Virus record (IMG/VR): IMGVR_UViG_3300045988_182205
Span: 66,047-98,046 of that record
Length of the DNA stretch: 32,000 bases
Direction: 5' to 3' (one strand)
Source of the DNA: a virus
Made by a program: the position numbers and the translations under genes. This document shows, piece by piece, positions 18,278-24,915 of the stretch; the first letter of the stretch is position 1; each line of letters begins with the position of its first letter. Below the pieces are notes generated by a model. It worked only from the letters and a program-made list of their open reading frames with translations. It was not told where the DNA came from and searched no databases.

Positions 18278-18285
18278 AAGAATCA

Positions 18286-18354
18286 GAGAGTGTTAGCCGC
18301 AGAAATCTGCGTTGCCCGCCATCTACCGCGTGGAGGTCGCTCTCAAAAGATGGC
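18286..18354 (-). ncRNA. HDV-like self-cleaving ribozyme, copy a
   Basis: P1 GCCATCT/AGATGGC; P2 GAGAG/CTCTC; P3 ACC-TCCACGC-GGT; J1/4 GGGCAAC; P4 CGCAG-ATTT-CTGCG; J4/2 GCTAACA. Confidence 0.85.
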
Positions 18355-18408
18355 TGACGAGACGAATTTGTCTCGCCCATGCCGCAGCCGTTTTCGCCAC
18401 TCGGCATG
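18355..18408 (-). ncRNA. two abutting hairpins directly 5' of ribozyme a
   Basis: CATGCCG...CGGCATG followed without gap by GGCGAGAC-AAATTC-GTCTCGTC, then one nt before the predicted cleavage site. Confidence 0.4.
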
Positions 18409-18585
18409 ATGTTTTCGGCTTGACGTAACCCTGTGTAAATGACCCTCAGGTGGGGGCGGTGCGGGCAGGATTATCGTCTTCGTGGTGTAGTTAAGGAGTA
18501 CCGCACCAAATAAATGACCGTACTGCGCTTGTGTAACAGTACAATGCACGCCCAGAGACGATTTCCAAGATGGAGATGTGTCTGG

Positions 18586-18661
18586 TGGTGGAAGCAAAGG
18601 GATTCGAACCCTCGACCCCCTGCTTGCAAAGCAGGTGCTCTCCCAACTGAGCTATGCCCCC
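18586..18661 (-). tRNA. tRNA-Ala(UGC)
   Basis: GGGGGCATAGCTCAG...CCTGC-TTTGCAA-AGCAGG...TGCTTCCACCA. Confidence 0.9.
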
Positions 18662-18688
18662 ATGATGGCGGGAAAGACCCGCCAGTAA

Positions 18689-19105
18689 TTACGCGTAATG
18701 AAGTTCGCCGTACTGTTTGACCTCGCGCTCCAGATGCAGCGGAATGGTCTTGTCGCTCTTCTGCGTGATATCCTCACGCGTCAGAAGGCGCTCATCGACG
18801 CCAGCTGCTTGCAGTACTTCGTACAGGTTCGAGGGGCCGGTGCCGTCGTAACCCGCAGTCAAGCCATTGACTTGCAAAGCGAAGCCGTGCAGATGCGGTG
18901 CCAGACCCGGTACAAAATCGAGTTCAACAACGACTTCGTTACTGTTCTCGTCCACGCGCTTGACCGAGAGAGCACGGATGTTCTGACTTCCGAAGGTCTC
19001 AATCAACTTCTTAGCCGCCGCTGCGGTTTCAATCGTTGATGTGCCTTCGACGTTGATAATTGCCTGCTCCATCGGAATCATCTCCTTCCTACTTAGAGTT
19101 GTCAT
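18689..19105 (-). CDS. hypothetical protein
   Basis: 139-aa ORF; likely start MEQAIINVEG with an upstream AAGGAGATG. Confidence 0.6.
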   Translation of the reverse strand: MTTLSRKEMIPMEQAIINVEGTSTIETAAAAKKLIETFGSQNIRALSVKRVDENSNEVVVELDFVPGLAPHLHGFALQVNGLTAGYDGTGPSNLYEVLQAAGVDERLLTREDITQKSDKTIPLHLEREVKQYGELHYA

Positions 19106-19273
19106 GCGCTAAAGCAGATAACGCTCTGCCGTGCGGGGCTTTACGTTGCCCATTCGTGTTCGGTTCCGGCTACGACGACTTCCGTAAGGACTTAGCCAAC
19201 CGTCAGCAAGTGCATGCCCCCGCTGACAGCTTCTTGGGCGGATTCTCAAAGAGCGCGTCACCCAATCGGACCG

Positions 19274-19349
19274 TGGAGCTTGATGGCAGACTCGAACTGC
19301 CGACCTGCGCGTTACGAATGCGCTGCTCTACCAACTGAGCTAACCAAGC
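19274..19349 (-). tRNA. tRNA-Thr(CGU)
   Basis: GCTTGGTTAGCTCAG...GCGCA-TTCGTAA-CGCGC...ATCAAGC-T-CCA. Confidence 0.85.
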
Positions 19350-19570
19350 ACGGTAGGGCGTTTTATGCTGGTTATCACCCCTCAGCGAGGAAGCCAACCT
19401 CGCGTCCAGCACCATCCGGTAGCAACCCCGGAGGATTCTGCGCTGTATCCTCTCCGATGTTTTTCAGCACCATTCGCGACTGATGCCGAGACTTTCGGAT
19501 ACCTTCAGGTGCAGCACCTGTTTGCCGATTGATTTTTTGGCTGTCCGTGGGTATTCGACAGCGGACCACA

Positions 19571-19850
19571 ATTGACGTACTCCCACCCCTCACGGAGTGG
19601 GATTCTATGCTGACGCAATGCAGTTACAGGGTTTTCCAACAGCAAAAGCTGCCGGATACACTATCTTTCGATAGACCAGTGTACTTACTACCCAAAGCGA
19701 AGCTTAAAGGCAGGACAAAATGCCCGAAAAGCCAGCATAAAAAGTGTAGATATCCCCTTAATAAGGGTTTCACCTATCAAGTGCTACTGAAAGCAGCACT
19801 TCAAGGCAATCAATGGGGCTACGTCGAAACCCCTTAAATTGTAAGTGTTT
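19571..19850 (-). ncRNA. TnpB omega-RNA scaffold / IS605-type right end
   Basis: 3' of tnpB; ends in GAATCCCACTCCGTGAGGGGTGGGAGTACGTCAA, the typical IS605 terminal hairpin; further hairpins AGTGCT...AGCACT and GCAGC-TTTT-GCTG. Confidence 0.65.
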
Positions 19851-21589
19851 TAGAATCCTACGCTAGAAGGCAACCACTCGTGGCTGTTTTGCAAGCGCTC
19901 TTTTGTTTCATCGTGCAGTTTCTTAAACTGCGGGAAATCTTTCTTAATGTTTTTTTTGTTATAGGATTGAAGATTCTTTCTAAGATGTAATAAAAGGAAT
20001 GCGGAATACAAATCTCGCTGAACAATGGTTCCGTCGGAAAGTTTTGCAAAACGCTGGGACAGTTTTTTCTTTGTATAACTATCGTCGGTATGGTCAAACT
20101 GCGAGGCTTTCGTCTCAAAGGTGCTGACCTTGATAACACTGCCGCCGTAACGACTTGCTTTTTGCCCCAAAATTGTTATAAACAAAGCAGGAGCGCAGCG
20201 TCCGATAGATTTACCGAACCGCTTTTTGGTATGCGCTCTACCGGTTTTCGGATTGATTTTTGTTTTCTTGCTGCGCTTCTGCAAGGCTTTGTAGTTCATA
20301 TCTTCAACTACGAATTCGTTGCCGTATGTCAGCAATTCATTGGCGAGAATATAATGCTCCGTCTTGCGTACAGCAGCAAGTTTGCGGTTCAAGTCCCGCA
20401 GCCTATGCAGCAATCGATAATAGTTCTTGCTATAGTTCCAATGACGAATTTGCTTATGTCCATTCTTGCGCTTCAAGCGTTTGACGGTTCCGTTTTCGTT
20501 AAAGTATTGCGGATTCATCGCACGACGCGAACGGTCCATCTGCCGCATAATGCGAGCGATTTCCTTGATAAGACCATTGCGAGCTTCCGCTATAGCAGAC
20601 GGTGCAAGTACACGAAGGTCGCAAACATCTTTACCGCAAAACGCGATGGTTTGCGTGCCGATATCTATGCCAATGCGACCTTCCTTGACAGGGTGTTTTG
20701 CAACTCCGTTACTGTCACATTTGATGGGCGGATAGCCTTCCAAAATAAGTTGAGCGTAATACTTCCATTTAGTACCGACCCATGAGCGAACAATGCGGCA
20801 ATACTTAACGCCGCATTTTAGCGCCTCCTGTTGATACTTGCCCGTTTGAGTATCGGGGTTGCGCACTTTGACAAGGAATTCGTGCTTCTCGTAAATGATA
20901 CGCAGATTGCCATCTCCGATATACGGTTCAATTTTCGCCGTGGCATCGGCAATCTCTTTTTCTATTTGTGCTTTCACTTCATCGGGAAGAACTACCTCTT
21001 TGCCCTCTTTGGCATCTGGCTTTCTAAAAGCATCGAAGTATCTTTTTTCGATAGAGTTTTTCGCTTTTCGCTTGGCGGACTCCAAAGAACTCACCGTATG
21101 ATTTGCTGGGCGAAAGAATATACCACAGTTATTTTTCTTCCCGGAAAGGGTTACAAAATCGTCCAACTTTTTATAGTGTACGGTTTTTCCTTTCCCGTAA
21201 AAGAAATCGTTCCATGCCTTCCAAACGGCGGACGCTACTTTTTGAGCGACATCGCAATTTACGTTATACGCTTTTTGGTAAGGTACAACCAGCTTGTGGA
21301 AGACACCCTCGGAAAAGCCTGCCTGCTTAATCAAATTGGAACGCTTCACCAAGAGTGCTTTTCGTTCATCACTATTGGCAGGAGCAGCTTTTATGGCTTT
21401 CACAAGATTTTTGTATTCACGCGTTTTACGCAGTTGATGCCACATCTTTGTGGTTTTCGTAACCATTTGGTTGTAAACCATGCATCCAATGCGAAACTTT
21501 TTGGAAAGAAAAATTTCATCCTGCTTAGTTACTTTCATAGGAAGAGTCAACGCAAACGATGGCGTACTATTCTTGTTTCCGAAAGCCAT
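19850..21589 (-). CDS. tnpB: TnpB RNA-guided nuclease, 579 aa, without Cys zinc finger
   Basis: EGRIGIDIGTQTIAF (RuvC-I), EFVVEDMNYKALQKRSKKTK (RuvC-II), LSDGTIVQRDLYSAFLL (RuvC-III); SD AGGAGGGCTATT. Confidence 0.9.
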   Translation of the reverse strand: MAFGNKNSTPSFALTLPMKVTKQDEIFLSKKFRIGCMVYNQMVTKTTKMWHQLRKTREYKNLVKAIKAAPANSDERKALLVKRSNLIKQAGFSEGVFHKLVVPYQKAYNVNCDVAQKVASAVWKAWNDFFYGKGKTVHYKKLDDFVTLSGKKNNCGIFFRPANHTVSSLESAKRKAKNSIEKRYFDAFRKPDAKEGKEVVLPDEVKAQIEKEIADATAKIEPYIGDGNLRIIYEKHEFLVKVRNPDTQTGKYQQEALKCGVKYCRIVRSWVGTKWKYYAQLILEGYPPIKCDSNGVAKHPVKEGRIGIDIGTQTIAFCGKDVCDLRVLAPSAIAEARNGLIKEIARIMRQMDRSRRAMNPQYFNENGTVKRLKRKNGHKQIRHWNYSKNYYRLLHRLRDLNRKLAAVRKTEHYILANELLTYGNEFVVEDMNYKALQKRSKKTKINPKTGRAHTKKRFGKSIGRCAPALFITILGQKASRYGGSVIKVSTFETKASQFDHTDDSYTKKKLSQRFAKLSDGTIVQRDLYSAFLLLHLRKNLQSYNKKNIKKDFPQFKKLHDETKERLQNSHEWLPSSVGF

Positions 21590-21709
21590 AATAGCCCTCC
21601 TTTCCTTGATTGATTATACCGGCATTATAACATTTTTTGATGCAAAAAGAAATCAAGTGGCTTTCTTATTTACAGATTGTACACATTCATCATTCTTGAA
21701 AACTCATGC

Positions 21710-21776
21710 GCCAATTCCTCCCACCGCTCACGCAGTGGGCTTCCTTGGCGCGGGTTCTCTGAACCATGCTCGCCAG
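21710..21776 (-). ncRNA. orphan omega-RNA-like scaffold
   Basis: Minus strand TGGCGAGCATGGTTCAGAGAACCCGCGCCA-AGGAAGCCCACTGCGTGAGCGGTGGGAGGAATTGG; matches the 19571-19606 hairpin and has no adjacent tnpB in its own frame. Confidence 0.5.
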
Positions 21777-21808
21777 TTTAATGTCGTGGCGTACGGTGAC
21801 GGCGACGG

Positions 21809-21883
21809 TGGAGCGGGCAGCGGGATTCGAACCCGCGTGACCAGCTTGGAAGGCTGGTGTATTAACCCCTATACGATGCCTGC
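21809..21883 (-). tRNA. tRNA-Gly(UCC)
   Basis: GCAGGCA...CCAGC-CTTCCAA-GCTGG...TGCCCGC-T-CCA. Confidence 0.9.
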
Positions 21884-22327
21884 ATGAGAAAAAGCGGGTG
21901 AACCCTCTCTTAGCCCCGCCATGATGTCCGTTTAGTAGGTCGTCATCCCCGAAACATCATCTTTATGTCTCTTAGCGATTCCGCGAATCTCTGCGTGGAC
22001 GATACGAAAGAATCCGGAAAAGCATTTTGGACACTGGTCAACTTCAATTCAAGCCCTGCCGTTACTTCCCTGTCAATTCGGGTCAACGGAATGCTATGGG
22101 CTGTGTAAGACTGCGGCAAACTTACCAGATGCCGCGCAGCAGTCTCGCCTTTTTCGGCTATGTCGCGTCTGGCTGCGCCCCGGCTTAACGGGGATGCTCG
22201 TACGATGCATGCTTAGCGGGACGAGATTTGTTGTTTCTGCGCCGAAGCACAAGAGGAAGCACTCGCCACACGGCTTCCTGACCGTTTAGGATACCGCTTG
22301 CACAGGGAATGCAATGCGGTTCCTGAA

Positions 22328-22398
22328 AGGACATTCGTCAGCGGCAATCATAGTCGCTGTCCACCACCCGCCGCGTGGAGGCTGTCCCATCGGGTGGC
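22328..22398 (-). ncRNA. HDV-like self-cleaving ribozyme, copy b
   Basis: P1 GCCACCC/GGGTGGT (G1-U wobble); P2 GGGACA/TGTCCT; P3 GCC-TCCACGC-GGC; P4 CAGCG...CGCTG; J4/2 ACGAA. Confidence 0.85.
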
Positions 22399-22472
22399 TG
22401 AGTGCGCCGAGGTATGGACGCACTCAGATAGGCGCTACCTATCATGGTGTTTTAAGGCGGGAGCTGCCCGCC
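22399..22472 (-). ncRNA. three-hairpin RNA directly 5' of ribozyme b
   Basis: GGCGGG-CAGCT-CCCGCC; GATAGG-TAGCG-CCTATC; TGAGTGCG...CGCACTCA; the last two abut each other and the cleavage site. Confidence 0.5.
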
Positions 22473-22594
22473 ATCAGGCAAATCAGTACATCGGTGTGAC
22501 CCTTTCCTTGATTTTGACATTCGGACGCGGTAATTACTGCATCGGAGTGCCCCCCTGTTTTATTTGACCTGCTAGAATCGCTTCCAACAGGTCA

Positions 22595-22685
22595 TGGCTC
22601 TGGCAGGTGGAGTTGAACCACCTTTTCCCGTGCGCTGCGGGCGAATTAACCATGGTGCATTGCAACCTTCGTATTCGATACCAGA
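22595..22685 (-). ncRNA. tRNA-like RNA without a recognisable anticodon arm
   Basis: 7-bp acceptor TCTGGTA/TGCCAGA, T arm GGTGG-TTCAACT-CCACC, 3' G-CCA; centre is non-canonical (CGAAT...ATTCG and CCCG...CGGG). Confidence 0.45.
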
Positions 22686-22756
22686 ATATTTCGGTCATTT
22701 TACGTCCGACCGATTGACATGAATAGCCGGTTTAACGTCATGGCATGGACGATGGG

Positions 22757-22826
22757 TGCGGAGACAGGACTCGAACCTGCAACCGCCAGCGTATGGGGCT
22801 GGTAAGCTACCTTTGCTATACTCCGC
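22757..22826 (-). tRNA. tRNA with CAU anticodon (Met or Ile2)
   Basis: GCGGAGT...CCAGC-CCCATAC-GCTGG...TCTCCGC-A; followed by CCC rather than CCA. Confidence 0.85.
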
Positions 22827-22827
22827 G

Positions 22828-22903
22828 TGGCGGGTCGTACTGGGTTCGAACCAGCGACGCTCGGATTAACAGTCCGATGCTCTGCCGACTGAGCTAACGA
22901 CCC
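22828..22903 (-). tRNA. tRNA-Asn(GUU)
   Basis: GGGTCGTTAGCTCAG...CGGAC-TGTTAAT-CCGAG...ACGACCC-G-CCA. Confidence 0.9.
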
Positions 22904-22909
22904 AAGAGA

Positions 22910-22984
22910 AAAGACATTCGCCACGGGGAGCTCAATACCCGTGTTACCGCCGCTCGCCGCGAGGAGGCTGTCTTTATGAGCGGC
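22910..22984 (-). ncRNA. HDV-like self-cleaving ribozyme, copy c
   Basis: P1 GCCGCTC/GAGCGGC; P2 AAAGACA/TGTCTTT; P3 GCC-TCCTCGC-GGC; P4 CACGGG...CCCGTG; J4/2 GCGAA. Confidence 0.9.
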
Positions 22985-23099
22985 AACTCTTATGGGATAC
23001 CAGATACGATGCTTGCCGCCGCTCTACAACCAGCTGCAAGCAGATGTGTATGTAAGTGTGTGTAAAACTATGATGTTGTTTCGGAGCATATCTGGTATC
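22985..23099 (-). ncRNA. structured RNA between ribozymes d and c
   Basis: 11-bp closing helix GATACCAGATA/TATCTGGTATC enclosing 7-bp TGCTTGC/GCAAGCA. Confidence 0.5.
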
Positions 23100-23123
23100 T
23101 TCTAAGAGTTTTATGTTATCTGC

Positions 23124-23199
23124 GAAGATGTTTGCCAAGCTAAGGGAGGTTAAGCCTGTTGCCCGATGCCGACCGCGTGGAGGTCATCTTCCCGGCATC
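23124..23199 (-). ncRNA. HDV-like self-cleaving ribozyme, copy d
   Basis: P1 GATGCCG/CGGCATC; P2 GAAGATG/CATCTTC; P3 ACC-TCCACGC-GGT; J1/4 GGGCAAC; J4/2 GGCAAA. Confidence 0.9.
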
Positions 23200-23272
23200 A
23201 GCTTCCGACAGGATTCGAACCTGCAACCTGCTGCTTACAAAACAGCTGCTCTGCCATCTGAGCTACAGAAGC
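23200..23272 (-). tRNA. tRNA-Thr(UGU), no encoded CCA
   Basis: GCTTCTGTAGCTCAG...GCTGT-TTTGTAA-GCAGC...CGGAAGC-T, immediately followed by ribozyme d P1. Confidence 0.9.
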
Positions 23273-23470
23273 ATATTCGGGAGAAGTGACTATCTCCCGA
23301 GTGCATACGCATTATACCATAAATGTGGTAATCCGTCAACGCTATAAACACTATATATAGTATTCAGAACGGAAAACTCAGAAAACCACCGCAATATATA
23401 GGGCACGCTGCAACCCGCTGCTTTTCTGTTTCTGTACTTGCATTATACCATATTTTGGTGCGAATGTGTA

Positions 23471-24172
23471 TCAAATACAAGTATGATTTACAAAATGTTC
23501 AAACACTTTCCCGGGCTCGATGCGCTCCGGAAATCGCAGACTCTTGTTGCCGACGCGATGCATCCGGTGGTCGATGACATCAGAACGGCGCATCTGCTCC
23601 GCGTTCACGCAAAAGCCTGTACCGTAGTATTGCATGTAGTTACTTCGTTGCTCTTTATTTTCCGCAGCCCTTCCGAAAGGTCTTCGTTCATCGTGGACGA
23701 ACACTGTATCCGAGCACAGAGCGAAATCGAGATAGTGCATTGCCGCCATGCGCTCAAAGACATATATCTGCCTCGTTTCGGTGAAATAATAAAAGATATA
23801 GTCAGCTTCCTTATACAGCCATCCCTTCGAGTGCTTGGCTATCGCTTTTTGGTATTTTCCAAACCGCAGCAGCTTGTCATCTTCGCCGATTGCGAAACTA
23901 TTCACCGCTGTTTCGAGGAAGACATTTCCGGTTTTGTATGTGTCAGCCTTGGCTTCAACCGTGAACGAAGAGCCGTCCTTCCGGTATACAACGAAGTCGA
24001 TGTCGTCTTCCTGATATTTCTTGTCATCCCGTACATCCGAAAATCCTGCAATCCTGTCCTTGTGCTTTTCACAATAGTAGTCAAGATAGTGCATGGTGAC
24101 AGATTCACCAATCAGACCTACCTTCATCTGACCCGCCATGTTATAGGGAGTCTTGTTTTTCTGTCTGTACAA
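23471..24172 (-). CDS. PD-(D/E)XK-like nuclease-fold protein
   Basis: DDIDFVVYRKDGSSFTVEAKAD matches a D-x(n)-ExK motif. Confidence 0.55.
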   Translation of the reverse strand: MYRQKNKTPYNMAGQMKVGLIGESVTMHYLDYYCEKHKDRIAGFSDVRDDKKYQEDDIDFVVYRKDGSSFTVEAKADTYKTGNVFLETAVNSFAIGEDDKLLRFGKYQKAIAKHSKGWLYKEADYIFYYFTETRQIYVFERMAAMHYLDFALCSDTVFVHDERRPFGRAAENKEQRSNYMQYYGTGFCVNAEQMRRSDVIDHRMHRVGNKSLRFPERIEPGKVFEHFVNHTCI

Positions 24173-24177
24173 GGGTA

Positions 24178-24915
24178 TTACCTCACGATGTTACCGCAAA
24201 ACGGGCACTTTGCGCCTTTCCGGCAAACATCAGCAATCGAAGACGTCCAGTCTTTGTCTTTGCCGTACCCGCATGCGGTGCATACGAGCGGGATATTTTT
24301 GCAGCTGCCGGTCGTATACATGTCGGGGCCGAATTCGTTTTCAGGATGCCACAAAGCGGCGATTTGGGGGCATGCAACTGATACTAAAGGTTTCCTTGCT
24401 GTCTTGGCGTAGTGGGCTCTCATGACCTTTCTCAGTGAGTTTCTGGCGCATTCGGGACATCCGGTATGTACTCCCCCGGACCCGCAGGCAAAAGCAATCA
24501 TCGGATGCCATTCTCCGTTTGCGCCGTACCCGCAATCCTTGCAGACAAGGTATACATGCCTTGCGCTTCCGGAAGTCACTCGCGTGGGCGGGAACTCATT
24601 AAGTGTAGGATGCCACTGTGCAGCAATTTCGGGATGAACGGTAGCTACATCATTGACGCCTTCGACAAGGACTTTTCCGGAACACGCCGGGCATCCGCCG
24701 CCTGTTCGACAGGCACCGGCGATAGAGGGACGCCATTCGCCGTTCTTTCCGTATCCGCATTTCGGACAGATAAGAGCGATTCTGCGATTGCTGCCGCAGG
24801 TGACTTCCTCCGGTGATACAGAATTGGCTGTTGGATGCCACATAGCAGCAACACGGGGACATTCCTGTGCTACCGTGCCACGATGCCTGCGATACCGCCA
24901 CTCGAAATCTTTCAC
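24178..24915 (-). CDS. zinc-ribbon repeat protein (DUF4379-like)
   Basis: Repeated AALWHPxxNxFxPxxxxxGSxxxxxLVCxxCGYG...W...IAxxCRxGxxCPxCxx modules. Confidence 0.75.
   Translation of the reverse strand: MKDFEWRYRRHRGTVAQECPRVAAMWHPTANSVSPEEVTCGSNRRIALICPKCGYGKNGEWRPSIAGACRTGGGCPACSGKVLVEGVNDVATVHPEIAAQWHPTLNEFPPTRVTSGSARHVYLVCKDCGYGANGEWHPMIAFACGSGGVHTGCPECARNSLRKVMRAHYAKTARKPLVSVACPQIAALWHPENEFGPDMYTTGSCKNIPLVCTACGYGKDKDWTSSIADVCRKGAKCPFCGNIVR

Larger units (their letters stand above)
19571..21690 (-). mobile_element. IS605-type element carrying only tnpB (left end approximate)
   Basis: tnpB plus right-end hairpin; no tnpA present. Confidence 0.6.

Noticed and set aside
19274-19560. Further HDV-like ribozyme near tRNA-Thr(CGU) (GGCTTCCTCGC, CGCGAATGG fragments).
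   Set aside because: P1 and P2 pairings could not be completed in the required order.
19529-19837. 102-aa plus-strand ORF.
   Set aside because: It runs through the TnpB omega-RNA/right-end hairpins and has no credible protein character.
8234-23272. Suppressor tRNAs for stop-codon recoding, expected because ribozyme-linked phage tRNAs have been tied to recoding.
   Set aside because: None of the 13 readable anticodons is CUA, UUA or UCA, and the minus-strand ORFs are continuous under the standard code.
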